64,000 nt of DNA from Anaeramoeba ignava BMAN (taxonomy: Eukaryota; Protista; Anaeramoebae). The stretch is from the NCBI GenBank assembly GCA_028826165.1, contig JAPDFW010000070.1, positions 620,001 to 684,000 on the forward strand, in the 5' to 3' direction. How positions within the stretch are numbered: the stretch's first letter is position 1; each line of letters starts with the position of its first letter. The notes below the pieces were generated by a model. It had not been told where the DNA came from. It ran no database searches and saw only the letters and a list, made by a program, of their open reading frames with translations. Shown piece after piece: positions 45,125 through 60,224 of the stretch. The position numbers and the translations under genes were made by a program.

Positions 45125-46242
45125 TTAGACTTTGTTAGTTGTTGTAGTTGGTGTTGTGGTTGGTGCTGTTTGTTGAGGTGTTGCATTAGTAGTTGTTGGT
45201 TTTTGAGGTTGTTTTTGATTGCCTGTTGGTTTTGTGGGTCTTCTATCTCTCATTCCAGGCTATTTTTAAATTTTCAAAAGAAATAATTTTTTAATTAATT
45301 ATTTTTTTTGATTAAAAAATTTTAAATTTGAATCAAATAAATTACTCTTCTCCATCTTTTAACTGTTCTATCTCTTCTATCTGTTACACTTCGAACTCTA
45401 ACAATATGAAGATGAATTGCGCAACTTACACAATATTCAATTTTAATAAAAAGTTTTGGAACTTGATAACCTTTTTCATTTAATTTAAATAATTTAATTT
45501 AAATAATTTAATTTAATTTAAATAATTTAATTTAATATAATATAATTTAAAATAATATAATTTAAGATAATAATTTTATATAATTTAGATAATTTAAAAT
45601 AATATAATTTAAAATAAGATAATTTAATAATTTAATAATTTAATTTAATTTAATAATTTAGATAATTTAATAATTTATATAATTTAGATAATTTATATAA
45701 TTTAATATAATTTAATATAATTTAATATAATTTAATTTAGATAATTTAGATAATTTAATAATTTATATAATTTATATAATTTAATATAATTTAATATAAT
45801 TTAATATAATTTAATATAATTTAATATAATTTAAAATAATATAATTTAGATAATTTAAGATAATTTATATAATTTAGATAATTTATATAATTTAATATAA
45901 TTTAGATAATTTAGATAATTTATATAATTTAATATAATTTACCTTTATAAACGCATTGATCACTAACATCTCGAATAGATGCATTATCAAGCATATTTCT
46001 TACTTGAAATCTTTTAATAGCTTTATCCTGTAAACACGAAAAAAAAATAGATTGATTGATTGATTAATTAATTATTTAAAAAAATTTATTTTCCAAACTA
46101 AATTAATTATAATGAATTTAAAATCAATTTATATTTTAAAACACACTTTTGGAACACATCTTCGACAATTCATGCATCTGACATTGCGTACATGTCCTCT
46201 TCCTTTTCTATTTTTTCCATGATTTCTTCGTTTTCTAGTCAT
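45125..46242 (-). CDS. RPS26: 40S ribosomal protein eS26
   Basis: [32 protein letters not shown]|[12 protein letters not shown]...|[28 protein letters not shown], with three GT-AG introns and a T/P/Q-rich tail. Stop at 45127-45125. Confidence 0.96.
45480..45940. repeat. Intronic (ATAATTTAAT/ATAATTTAG)n repeat in RPS26
   Basis: Fills the second intron. Confidence 0.85.
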
Positions 46243-46479
46243 TTTTTATTATATTTTTTTTTCTTTATAAAAAATTTTTTTTTTTTAAATTGAAAAAAAT
46301 GAAGAAAAAAATGAAAACTTTAAAAAGAAAATAAAAAGAAAAAAAAAGAAAAAAAATTTTTTTTTTAATTTTATTTTATTTATGTGGGCATAATTAAATT
46401 AAATTAAATTAAATTAAAAGGAGAAAAAAAAATTAAAAAAACAAAATTTCCCCTTTTTTATTTATTAATTTAATTAAAT

Positions 46480-48350
46480 AAATAAATAAAGTGGAATTAT
46501 TTATAAATTTAATCAATTAATAAATAAAATGGAATTATTTATAAATTTAATAAATAAATAAAATGGAATTATTTATAAATTTAATAAATAAATAAATAAA
46601 ATGGAATTATTTATAAATTCAATAAATAAATAAAGTGGAATTATTAATTAATAAATAAATAAATAAAATGGAATTATTTATAAATTTAATAAATAAATAA
46701 AATGGAACTATTTATAAATTTAATAAATAAATAAATAAAAATGGAATTATTAATAAATAAATAAATAAATAAATAAAATGGAATTATTTATAAATTTAAT
46801 TAATAAATAAAGTGGAATTATTTATAAATTTAATTAAAAATAAAATGGAATTATTTATAAATTTAATCAATTAATAAATAAAATGGAATTATTTATAAAT
46901 TTAATTAATAAATAAATTAGAATGGAATTAATAAATAAAATAAAGTGGAATTATTTAATAAATTTAAATAAATAAATAAATAAAAATGGAATTATTTATA
47001 AATTCAATAAATAAATAAAATGGAATTATTTATAAATAAATAAATAAATAAATAAAATGGAATTATTTATAAATTTAATAAAAAAATAAAATGGAATTAT
47101 TTATAAATTTAAATAAATAAATAAAATGGAATTATTTATAAATAAATAAATAAAAAAAATAAAATGGAATTATTTATAAATTTAATTAATAAATAAAAAT
47201 GGAATTATTTATAAATTCAATAAATAAATAAAAATGGAATTATTTATAAATTTAATTTAATAAATAAAATGGAATTATTTATAAATTAAAAATAAATAAA
47301 TAAAGTGGAATTATTTATAAATTTTAATAAATAAATAAAAATGGAATTATTTATAAATTTAATCAATTAAATAAATAAAGTGGAATTATTTATAAATTTA
47401 ATCAATAAATAAATAAAATGGAATTATTTATAAATTTAATTAAAAATAAATAAAATGGAATTATTTATAAATTTAATTAATAAATAAATAAAATGGAATT
47501 ATTTATAAATTTAATTAAATAAATAAAGTGGAATTATTTATAAATTTAATTTAATAATAAATAAAAATGGAATTATTTATAAATCTAATAAATAAATAAA
47601 GTGGAATTATTTATAAATCTAATAAAAATGGAATTATTTATAAATTTAATAAATAAATAAAATGGAATTATTTATAAATTTAATCAATAAATAAATAAAA
47701 TAGAATTATTTATAAATTCAATAAATAAATAAAATGGAATTATTTATAAATTTAATAAATAAATAAATAAAATGGAATTATTTATAAATTTAATAAATAA
47801 ATAAAATGGAATTATTTATAAATTTAATCAATCAATAAATAAAATGGAATTATTTATAAATTTAATTAAAAAATAAAATGGAATTATTTATAAATTTAAT
47901 TAATAAATAAAATGGAATTATTTTATAAATTTAATCTAATAAATAAATAAAATGGAATTATTTATAAATTTAATAAATAAATAAATAAAATGGAATTATT
48001 TATAAATTTAATTAATAAATAAATAAAATGGAATTATTTATAAATTTAAAAATAAATAAAATGGAATTGTTTATAAATTTAATCAATTAATAAATAAAAT
48101 GGAATTATTTATAAATTTAATTAATAAATAAAATGGAATTATTTATAAATTTAATAAATAAATAAATAAAGTGGAATTATTTATAAATTTAATTAAATAA
48201 ATAAATAAAATGGAATTATTTATAAATTTAATAAATAAATAAAATGGAATTATTTATAAATTTAATTAATAAATAAAATGGAATTATTTATAAATTTAAT
48301 CAATAATAGGTTTATAAATTTAATTAATAATAGGTTTATAAATTTAGTTA
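46480..48350. repeat. Intergenic minisatellite, 35-45-bp unit with core AAATGGAATTATTTATAAATTTAAT
   Basis: Constant core plus a variable (AAAT)n spacer, dozens of copies, between the divergent RPS26 and USP genes. Confidence 0.93.
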
Positions 48351-48466
48351 ATAAATTTTTGATGAAATGATTCTTTAAAATTTTTTTTTTCGAATTCAAA
48401 AATTCATTTTTTTATTTTTTTATTTTTTATTTTTTTATTTTATTATTTTTATTTTTATTTTTAATT

Positions 48467-51400
48467 ATGAATAAATTTTCGAATAATTGGATTGATATTT
48501 CACCAAATTTAACAATTTTTGATTCAACAATTAATGGTCTTGCAGGTTCTTTTAGAGATCTAATTACTTATAATCGTAATTATTTAAATAAATAAAAAAT
48601 AAAAAATAAAAAATATGAAATAATAAAATTATCAATTTAGTTTCACGAAGTTATCAAATAAATCAACCAAATTTCGTTAAAAAAGCAACTCAAACAATAA
48701 AAAGTTTTGCTTTGGAACTTTCTTCATTAACAGATCCATCAAAACCAAGACATAAATCCTTTTTTGAAAATGTTATCCCATTATTTATTGAATTCGCAAA
48801 TACAAAGTAATTAATAAAAAACCAACACAACATTTTTATTTATTTAAAACTCCAAAAAAAAAATATATATATAAAAATAAATATTTTAGACACATTTCTT
48901 CTTTGCAAACCAAAAAAAATGTGACTCAATTTTACCAGCAAATTATATCTCAATGCTGCGAAAATCTTGAAATAGATCCAAAACTTTATTTATCGATCTT
49001 ATCCAAAATTCTTAATAAAAATTCCTATTTATTTGATAACATTCAACAATCATTGCAAAACGAAAAATACAAACAATTTAGAAATAGTTTGACAAATAAT
49101 AAAGATTCTAATCCAAATCACTTCCAAAATTTTCTTAAATCAAATAATCTTGAAATGGAACAAGACGCAGAACAAGACCCAGCACAAAAATACTTTATGA
49201 AAATGAGCTTTTCGTTTTCAAATCCGATTGAAGATGAAAAAAGAATATTTATTGCAAATTTAGTAATTTTTTTTTTTAATTTTATTTTAAAAAACAAACA
49301 AAAATATTGAATTTTCTTTTCTTTATCAGGAAAACGATCAACAAATATCATTGTTTTTCTTTTTAAATATCCAATTTTTTGGAGTTGTTGGGGGATTTGA
49401 AAAAATGGTTTTGGTTACTCAAAATAGTTCTGATTTAGAATTAGCGCAAATGATAGTTTCTTTTTCAGAGCAAGTAAATAATTCAAAAAAATTTAAAAAA
49501 TTTCAATTTATAAAAAAAATTGAATTCCTAAAAAATTTTGTTTTAGATATTCCCTTATGTATCTGAGCAAGTAAAGAAGCAAATCCTGGAGATATTCAAC
49601 AAATTTATCATTTCAATTAAGAAAGATCAAACAATTTCAACTGTTTCTTCAGAAAAAATGAAAATGGAAATATTATTTTCAATTGCTTGTTCTCCAGTTG
49701 AAACAGATGACGAATTTCTGTCCAATTTTTTAGTCAACATTTCAAAATTGCTCAATAAAGGAGAAAGTGAATATCAAGAAATCTGCTTCGAAATGATAAC
49801 GAATTTGGTTGAAAGAAACCCCAAAAATATGAAAAATAATCTTTTGAGTTTCATTAAAACAAATGATCTCATTGACAAAGCAATTTCCAAAACAACTTCA
49901 TTCACGCCCAAATTCGTCTCTTCGTTGAAAAAATTGATCATGATTGGGATCCAAAACGAACTGATAAAGTCGATCCATGTGAAAAAATTATGGGCTCTTT
50001 TCACGGATCAGGAATTTTTCGATAATCTTTCAATCGAAAACAAAAAAACGTTAAGAACTTGCATAAATATTATTGCCAAAGCAGGGCCTCAAGGCATTAT
50101 CCCCGAAATTAGCAATGTTGTCGAGCAATTCGATGTGAAACATATCACTTCGAACATCTTGAAAACTATGCACTTGATCACGAAAAATGCGCTTCAAAAC
50201 AAAAATCCCATTGCATCACGTCAAGTTGAAAGCAAGATTAAAAAATTTCTCCAAAAAATCACAAAATCGGGAGGGAAACACAAGCCAAAAGACGCAAATA
50301 ACCCTGATCCTGGCGTGTTGTTGATTCAGGACAAAATGAATGATTTGCAAATCCCTCTTTTCTCAATGAACATCATGTGGAAAATTATCCACAACGAGGT
50401 TTTCATCACAAAAAATATCGAGAACAAATCAAAAGAATATTTCAAAAAAAACCTTTTTTTCGAACATGCCAAAATATATCAAGAATACTTCAAGTTGAGA
50501 TGCTTGTTTAATCTAATTGAAAACAAGTACATTCCATCAACACTTGATCTGTTCAATATTCTACTTTTGGAAACATCAAACTCGTTCGGAGAAGAAATTT
50601 CTCAAGAAATTTACAAAGCAGAAAAGAAGTTGAAGCTGATCGATCTCGTGATTAATGATCTGAGGATATATCTTTTGAATTCGATTGAAGTGACAAATTC
50701 TTTGAAAAAAACAAGAACAGAAAGTATTTATTTATATTTTTATATTTTTATTTATAAAATTAATTTCCAAAAAAAAAATTTTAAAAAAAAAAAATAAAAA
50801 GATAAACTTTTACAAGACAAGCAGGATTTTGTGCCTAATCCATCAGGATTACTCGCTGGAAATCTATCTCATCTCGAAGAAATCAAAATCAGACTCTCTT
50901 TTATTGAAACAATTCTCTCCAAATCAAAAATAACAATAGCATACGAACAAATTGAAAGGATCTGGGAATTAATTGTTGACAACCCAATAACGGAAAAGGA
51001 AGTTGATGTATTTTTTGATTGGCTTCGAAAAATCAGAGTTGTTTTGAAGGAAGATGAAGTCAAGCTGGAAACATACACAAAATTAATGAACAACCACACA
51101 AACTCAGAAATTAGCGAATTGGAAAGCATACAAAAAGATGACAACTTCATTTCGATGGCGCCGCAAGCATTGAAGAAAGTTTTCAAGGAAAAAATTTGCA
51201 AAATTGAACCGCTAACAATTCGTTCATCGCAATTCAAGCTTTTCGTGAAATATTTCATCTATTGCAATATCAAATCCAAGAAGATCGAGTACGAATATGT
51301 GGACAAGGCGTTTAAGACAGTAGACCCTATTGCCGAGAAGGAGCTTGTTGAGATTCGGCAGGTGAAATCAGGCGATTGGAAGGTTGTCAGTCCAAATCTT

Positions 51401-54400
51401 GACGGATTGGATTATTTGGTTTCTGTCATCATATCAGCAATCGATAACAATCTTTCCGAATCCGCTATTGCTTTTTACTGCCAAATTTTTACTCTATTGA
51501 AAATGCGCAATCCGAACAAGATTCGTGTTCAAATGATTTCGAATATTATGGATGGACTGCAGAATTCTTTTGAAAAATACGATTTCCACAAAAAAAGCAT
51601 GCCAAAACTTCCTCAAAAACGCAGGAAAAATAAGTTCCACCAAAAATTCAAGAACAAGAACAAGAACAAGAACATCCAGAAAACCTGGCAGGCCGTTTTG
51701 GAAAGGAGAATTTCGCGCTTTGTTATGCTTCTTGGTTCTGTTGTAACGGCCTATGATAAAATGTTCCGAAATTCGTTTATTCTTCCTCAGCTCACTCCGC
51801 AAAAGGATCTAATCGGGATTTCTCCCAAAACACTTGTTTTAAGCCTCCCAAAAACAAGCGCCAAGCAAGTTTCGTTCCGTACTTTCAGTTCTATTCCTTT
51901 GAAAATAATCAACCAAATATTTGCCAAAAAAATTGGTGAATCTCTCGAAAATTTCGTTTTGCTTTATAACCAGAAGGAACTCAATATCAAAGAAGATGAT
52001 ACATTAAATCTATTAGGAGATGATGATATTTTTACTTTCACTTATCAATTGAAGAAAATCAATCAAAATTATATTTTATCAAATCAAACATCCAATGAAG
52101 AAAAAGGAAAATGTCAATTTAATCCACAAGTTAGAACAGCATGTTCTTTGGTTTTTAATGTACAATTCAAAAAAAAAAACAAATATTTCAAAAATTTCAA
52201 TTCATTTCATTTTATTTTAAAAATTTTAATTCAATTCATTTCAATTCATTTCATTTCAAAAATTTTATTTCAATTTAATTTAATTCATTTCATTTTAATT
52301 CATTCCATTTTAAAAATTTTAATTCAATTTATTTCATTTTATTTTAAAAATTTTAATTTAATTCATTTTAAAAATTTTAATTCAATTCATTTCAATTCAA
52401 TTCAATTCATTTTAATTCATTTTAAAAATTTTATTTCAAAAATTTTATTTCAATTCATTTTAAAAATTTTAATTCAATTCATTTTATTTTATTTCAATTT
52501 AATTTAATTCATTTTAAAAAATTTTAGAATCCAAAAAGTTGGTATTATGGAACTTCAAAAAGTGATCGACTTCCTGCACGCTTTCTTCTTCTTAATAAAA
52601 ACTTCAGAATACTTTCATCATTATTTAAAACACCTTCTTATATTGCAGACGAGGTTTATCATCTTTTATCGATGCTGCCAATCCATAAAGACGAGACAAT
52701 CCCATTTTTTGAACTTGAAACAAACAAGATAATATTTGGGCAAAATGAGGAAAATTTCGAAATGTTGGTTCCACAACCAAATCAAGAAAACGAAAACACA
52801 ACAGATTCAGGGAAATCAACACCGTTTCCGTTGAAAAGCAGAAAATTGGATTGGGCTGCTTGTTTCAACGCAACGGAAAGTTGTTTCACACTGCTTTATC
52901 GATTGGAAATGATGAAAATTTTCCTCATTTCGATTCCAAATGAAATTCCGCGAGACGAGAATTTCTACAGCTTTCGCAACAAAAACCTAATCAAGTATTT
53001 CACCAATACAAGCGGATTCAATCAGATGATTCTGCTTTTCTGCGAACTTTTTGAAGTGCTGAAGAAGGAGATACATTCTCTTGAAGACGAAGAAGTCAAT
53101 CAGCGAGATCTTGAGTTTGGATTGGATCAAGAAATGAACATCTCGAACAAATTCAGATCCTCAAACAGCCTCTCGCGATTCACAAGCACAAACAGTTTTG
53201 GCGAATTATGCCAAACATACAAAAACGCGGAGAATGATTTCAAACAATATTCGCTATTCCGCTATGCACTCCAACTGCATCCCGGGATTTTGCGTGTTTT
53301 GGATCTGATATTGCGCTTGTTTATCTTCGTTATTTCCGAAGAACCCTTTGAGCCGTTGGATTTTCTATATCGATCCAAAACGTACACGCCGTTCATCAAG
53401 CTCTCAAACGAAAAAATCATTTCTCCGTTTATTCACTCGCTTTTTGAGATCATTTCCGAGCTCTCACGGTTTAGTTTCCACAATGATGTTTTTCTCCTGT
53501 TCCGCAGCATAGAAATACAGAAACAGGTCGAAGAAATTATTAGCGTGGTTGTCGACTCTCTGCTTCTCATATCCTTCCAAAAACCAAGCCTGATCGGCTC
53601 TTTTATTCTCCAGTCTGACCCAAGAAGCATCGATTCTCAGGACAAAACCCACTTTCTTTCTTTGCTTGAATCTTCTCTTATCAAAAGCTCCTCTTCCAAA
53701 ATACGCAACTCCATACTCAAGCTCATTCTTAATCTTTCACAGTTGAAAAGTTTATCCGAAACCATCTCAATTGATCCAAATGATTTCTTCTTTTCTCATC
53801 TTGTTTCTTTCTTCGATATTATTTCCCTTTATCCGCAAAATGCAGAGCAATTCTTCAAAATTCTCCGCAAAATCATCTCGTTCCAATCACTCAAGATCCC
53901 AACAAAGAAACAGAATGCCAACGAAACCCAGAAAATCAACAGTTTCACTCTTTGGGATAATTCTGGTTCTTTTTTCGACTTCGTTTGGGCAAGAATAGAG
54001 CATCTTTCTGAGAAAGAAAGAACAACCTCAATTAAGGACACTGAACTCATTGCTGGTGAGTTTATTCGGTTATTTGTTGACGCAATGAAGCTTGAAAAGC
54101 TTCGAAACAAAGAGAATTTTATTCGTCTGCAAATATATTTTGCTAAAGAAAAACGTATGATTGAAAAATTACTCAATTTTTTGGTTTGGATTTTTTGCAC
54201 ACAAGCAGCACAAAAAAGTGCCAAAAAATTACTTCTTCTTCTTTTGGATTCAAATGAGGAAAATTTGGATCGTTTAGTCAATTCTTCTCGGCATATTTTT
54301 GCTAAATTGAGAGAGAGTTTCCAAGAAATCCGAGTTTTTGATTCTCATTCGCATCCAAATTCCCATTCACAACGATCGTCTCCCAATACTTATGGTTATG

Positions 54401-57400
54401 TTGGACTTAAAAACCAAGGAGCAACTTGTTATATGAATTCTATTCTTCAGCAGTTATTTTGGGTTGAGAAATTTCGCACAGGAATATTAAATTTAGACGA
54501 AGGAATTTTTAACGAAAGTAAATTTTAATTTTGAAATGAATTTTAATTTTGAAATGAATTTTAATTTTAATTTTAATTTTAATTTTAATTTTGAAATGAA
54601 TTTTAATTTTTAATTTTAATATTAATTTTAATTTTGAAATGAATTTTAATTTTATTTTAATATTAATTTTGAAATGAATTTTAATTTTAATATGAATTTT
54701 AATATTAATTTTAATTTTAATATGAATTTTAATATGAATTTTAATTTTGAAATGAATTTTAATTTTGAAATGAATTTTAATTTTAATTTTAATTTTAATA
54801 TTAATTTTGAAATGAATTTTAATTTTAATTTTAATTTTAATATTAATTTTAATATTAATTTTAATTTTGAAATGAATTTTAATTTTGAAATGAATTTTAA
54901 TTTTGAAATGAATTTTAATTTTAGTATTAATAATAATTTTGAAATGAATTTTAATATTAATTTTGAAATGAATTTTAATTTTAATTTTGAAATGAATTTA
55001 AATTTTGAAATGAATTTAAATTTTGAAATGAATTTTAATTTTGAAATGAATTTTAATTTTGAAATGAATTTTAATTTTAATATTAATTTTGAAATGAATT
55101 TTAATTTTAATTTTAATTTTAATATTAATTTTAATATTAATTTTAATTTTGAAATGAATTTTAATTTTGAAATGAATTTTAATTTTGAAATGAATTTTAA
55201 TTTTATTCATTAGAAAATCCAAACCCTTCTTTAAAGGTTCTTCAGGAACTCCGAACAGTTTTCCAGAATTTACTCAACCATCGACTCGTCTACTACGATA
55301 CAAAACCTTTTTGTAAAGCACTTCAAAACGCAAATCTGCTGATAAATCTCTCAGAACAACAAGACGCAAACGAGTTTCTTCTAGCATTATTTGATCAAGT
55401 CAAAGAAGCTCTATCAAAAACAAAAGAAAAGGACATTCTCAACCGAATATTTGGGCTTGAATTGTACAGTCAAGTAACATGTTTAGAAAAAAGCCATTTA
55501 AAAGAGAAATCGGAAAATTTCCTGTCAGTATCGATTGACGTAAAAAACAACACAGGATTAGTTCAATCTCTTCAAAACTACGTTCAATGCGAAATACTGA
55601 AGGGAGAAAATAAGTTTTCTTGTCCTGTTTGCGAAACCCCAGTTGAGGCGTCGAAGCAGTACAGCTTCAAAACACTGCCAAACACATTAATCATCCATTT
55701 GAAACGGTTTGAATACAATAGCTCTATTAGTCAAAGTTCCCGAATAAACTCGTATTTCGAGTTTCCGTTCAAATTGGACATGGCGCCTTACACAATCAAA
55801 AAACAGCCCGAAAACGGACAAAATTATCCTAACGAATATTTCGAATACAATCTTGTTGGCGTTGTTATCCATTCGGGAAGGGTTGATTCAGGCCACTACT
55901 ACTCGTTTATCCAGGACAGAATCCAAAAAACAGGCGACAAAGCACACAACCCAGAAAACTGGCTCGAATTCAACGACACCAAAGTCAGTCTGTTTGATAT
56001 CAACACCCTCGAGGAAAACAGTTTCGGCGAAATTGAGATTGATGGATCAGTTATCAAAAAAAAACCTTATTCTGCTTATATTCTTTTCTATGAACGTACA
56101 TTCATTGAAAACATCCCACTTTCAGATTTGGACCAAACAAACTCGCACAAACAATCAAAAGAGGACCGAATTTCTATTTTAAGTAATAACGAGGATGACG
56201 AAAACAACGAAAACTCGAAAAGCGACAAAATTTCGGTTCAAAATACAACAAATAACGTTGTCAAAAAGGATCAAAAACTTAAAACAGCAAAAGACTTGAT
56301 TTCCACTTATAAATTCGAAAACATCGAGAATATTTATCCTGGATTGCGGTTACGACACTACCAAAAATCCACTAATATCAAAAAAATACTCAATAACGAA
56401 ACACAACAAGATCTCGATAAAGAATTCGAACGCTTCAACTCGAGCATCCAGCAACAGCAAAACCCATCAGGACCCATGCAAATACGAGATGATGCAGATA
56501 CTGTTTCGTCTTTCATCAGTTTCTTTTTGGCTGTTTTTTCTGCGCAGGATGTTTCCAAAATCAAACCCGATTTTCTCTTGCTTGCTACGCAGATATGCTT
56601 TGGTTTTGTTCCGTCTTTCTGCAAAATTCAAACATTCGATGAATGGAATAAAAATCTTTTGGCCATTTATTCTTCGAGTACAAATTTTTGCGAAATGTTT
56701 TTACTTGATTTGATCCAGCAAGATAGCCATTTGATTCGCGAGTATTTGGCCAGTTACTTAATTCCCAAAGCAATTAGCGACCATTTTATTCGTCTTATTA
56801 GCACTTCATTTCAGAAAATTGATGAAAAGGAAAGACTAAAATCAATACCAAAATCAGAAACCAGTGAATTTGTGACAATAATTGGAAGGAATAAATCGGA
56901 AAAATTTAGTGTGAAGATTGACACAAACTCTTCATATATTAAGTTTATAAATTATTTACTTGAAAATGTATTTTTCTAATTTAATTTAAATTTAAATTTT
57001 AAATTTTAAATTAATTTTAATTATTTTATCTTTTTTTGAATAGACTGAAAATATTCTTCGTATCGGTTCAAATACAAATAATTATTACTCAAGTCTTAAT
57101 AAACTTCTGTTTGCTAGGCAGCGAGCAAATAGACTTTCTAATTGAACAAAATATCATCGAAAAACAACTCTATTTTTACTCGAAAAAAGTTATTCCAAAT
57201 CTTAAAATTATGGAATCTAAATCTCATCAAGAAATTGAATTTGATTCACCAAAAACAATCTTTGATTTTGTTTCATTGCCAAGTTTCCTGGATTTATCTC
57301 CAAAAACACCGCAAACAACAACACCTTTATCTTGGGATTCCTCGCAGTTTTCCTTCTTGATCGAATTTCTGCGGCTTTTGATATGCTCAGTCGAGTATAA

Positions 57401-57812
57401 AAACACAAACCAAGAAATGCCGAAAAAAGCAAAAGGAATTTTGTCGAGTATTCAAAGTTATCCAAATTGTTTTTATTCCTTTATTTCTTTTCAAATCAAC
57501 AAGCGCGAATTGAAAAAAATTATTTTCCATGTTTGTTTGGAAAATGACGAGATGTTCCGCTTTTTTAAAGATATTGGATTCGATATTTTTGTTCAGGGTA
57601 ATTTGGACCAAAAGAAACTCGCTGCAAGTTTTTTGGGTCAACTTACTTTAATGAATGATTCTTTTCAAATAGCACATTTCAAAGAAATTTATAATCAATT
57701 TTACAGTTATGAAAGAGATTTGTCAAATAATTGGTTTGTATTGGATAAAATGTTTGAATCTGCACTTAATCCTCATCTTGTTGCAAGAAAAGAGAAAATT
57801 TTTCAATTTTGA
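48467..57812 (+). CDS. Large ubiquitin-specific protease, USP9X/USP24/USP34-like
   Basis: Exons 48467-48575, 48641-~48806, 48890-49262, 49330-49473, 49547-50723, 50802-52159, 52528-54517, 55214-56967, 57044-57812. Cys box GLKNQGATCYMNSILQQLF, QQDANEF, HLKRFEY, His box HSGRVDSGHYYSF, WLEFND. The family-like HLEEIKIRLSFI motif is upstream. Apparent +1 indel near 57085. Confidence 0.9.
54520..55205. repeat. Intronic (AATTTT/GAAATG)n repeat in the USP gene
   Basis: Fills intron 54518-55213 and creates the spurious NFEM ORF. Confidence 0.9.
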
Positions 57813-57869
57813 AAGAGAATTTTTTTTTATAAAAATTAAATAAAAAGATTAAAAAAATTAAATATTATT

Positions 57870-60035
57870 TTTAAAATATAATAAATAAAAAGAATCCAAA
57901 CAAAATAATAAATAATTATTATTAAAATTAATTAAATAATTAAATTAAAAATAATTTAAAAAAAAAGTGGAATAAAATATTTTAAATAAAAATATAAATA
58001 TTTATTATTAATTTAATTCCATTTTTAAAATATAATAAATAAAAAGAATCCAAATAAAATAATAAATATTTATAATTAAAATTAATTAAATAATTAAATT
58101 AAAAATAATTTGAAAAAAAGTGGAATAAAATATTTTAAATAAAAATATTAATATTTATTATTAAATTAATTTATTATTAAATTTAATTTTATTTTTAAAA
58201 TATTATAAATAAAAAGAATCCAAATAAAATAATAAATAATTATAATTAAAATTAATTAAAATAATTAAATTTAAAAATAATTTAAAAAAAAGTGGAATAA
58301 AATATTTTAAATAAAAATATTAATATTTATTATTAAATTAATTTATTATTAAATTTAATTTCATTTTTAAAATATTATAAATAAAAAGAATCCAAATAAA
58401 ATAATAAATAATAAATAATTAAAATTAATTAAATAATTAAATTAAAAATAATTTTAAAAAGTGGAATAAAATATTTTAAATAAAAATATAAATATTTATT
58501 ATTAAATTTAATTTATTATTAAATTTAATTTTATTTTTAAAATATAATAATAAATAAAAAGAATCAAAATAAAAATAATAAATAATAAATAATTAAAAAT
58601 TAATTAAATAATTAAATTAAAAATAATTTGAAAAAAGTGGAATAAAATATTTTAAATAAAAATATAAATAATTATAATTAAATTAATTTATTATTAAATT
58701 TAATTTCATTTTTAAAATATTATAAATAAAAAGAATCCAAATAAAATAATAAATAATTATAATTAAAATTAATTAAATAATTAAATTAAAAATATTTTAA
58801 AAAGTGGAATAAAATATTTAAAAATTAAATAAAAATTAAATAAAAATAAAAAAAGAATCAAAAATAAATGGTCATAATTAAAATTAATTAAATAATTAAA
58901 TTAAAAATAATTTAAAAAGTAGAATAAAAATATTTTAAATATAATTATTTAATTTAATTTTTAAATTTCTTATTTTTAAAAAAATTTCAAATAGGGGTTT
59001 ATAATTAATTAAATTTTTATCTTTTTATTAGTTTTGATTTATTAAATTTAATTTCATTTTTAAAATATAATAAATAAAAAGAATCCAAATAAAATAATAA
59101 ATAATAAATAATTAAAATTAATTAAATAATTAAATTAAAAATAATTTAAAAAGTGGAATAAAATATTTTAAATAAAAATATAAATATTTATAATTAAATT
59201 AATTTATTATTAAATTTAATTTCATTTTTAAAATATAATAAATAAAAAGAATCCAAAGAATAAAAATATTTATAATTAAAATTAATTAAATAATTAATTT
59301 AAAAATAATTTAAAAAGTGGAATAAAATATTTTAAATAAAAATATAAATATTTATAATTAAATTAATTTATTTTTTAATTAAATTTTTATCTTTTTTATT
59401 TTAAAAAATTTTAAAAAATAAAAAAAAAATCCAAATAAAAAATAATAAATATTTATTATTAAAATTAATTAAATAATTAATTTAAAAATAATTTAAAAAG
59501 TGGAATAAAATATTTTAAATAAAAATATAAATATTTATTATTAAATTAATTTATTATTAAATTTAATTTTATTTTTAAAATATTATAAATAAAAAGAATC
59601 CAAATAAAATAATAAATAATTAATAATTAAAATTAATTAAATAATTAAATTAAAAATAATTTAAAAAAAAAGTGGAATAAAATATTTTAAATAAAAATAT
59701 AAATATTTATAATTAAATTAATTTATTATTAAATTTAATTTTATTTTTAAAATATAATAAATAAAAAGAATCCAAATAAAATAATAATAAATAATTAAAA
59801 TTAATTAAATAATTAATTTAAAAATAATTTAAAAAAAGTGGAATAAAATATTTTAAATAAAAATATTAATATTTATGATTAAATTAATTTATTATTAAAT
59901 TTAATTTCATTTTTAAAATATAATAAATAAAAAGAATCCAAATAAAATAATAAATAATAAATAATTAAAAATTAATTAAATAATTAAATTAAAAATATTT
60001 TAAAAAAAGTGGAATAAAATATTTTAAATAAAAAG
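57870..60035. repeat. Tandem repeat, ~165-190-bp unit with AAAAGTGGAATAAAATATTTT and AAAAGAATCCAAAT landmarks
   Basis: GTGGAATAAA recurs at ~57968, 58100, 58292, 58461, 58637, 58804, 59153, 59317, 59500, 59672, 59838 and 60009. Confidence 0.9.
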
Positions 60036-60074
60036 AATTAAAATAAAAAACAAAAAAGAATAAAAAAAAACAAA

Positions 60075-60147
60075 TGGTCGATACTGGGTTCGAACCAGTG
60101 ACATCTGCGTTATTAGCACAGCGCTCTACCGACTGAGCTAAACGACC
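60075..60147 (-). tRNA. tRNA-Ile (anticodon AAT)
   Basis: GGTCGTTTAGCTCAGTCGGTAGAGCGCTGTGCT-AAT-AACGCAGATGTCACTGGTTCGAACCCAGTATCGACCA, 73 nt, with A box, GGTTCGAAC B box, paired acceptor stem and a downstream T-run. Confidence 0.97.
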
Positions 60148-60224
60148 TTTTTTTAATTTAAATTTTTCTTTTTTCTTATTTTTTCTTTTCAAAAAATTAT
60201 ATTATTTATACTAAATTTTTTTCT

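Noticed and set aside
46480-48350. CRISPR-like repeat-spacer appearance
   Set aside because: Spacers are only variable AAAT runs rather than unique sequences, the context is eukaryotic, and there are no cas genes.
59989-60192. 67-aa minus-strand ORF
   Set aside because: Chance translation through the tRNA-Ile gene.
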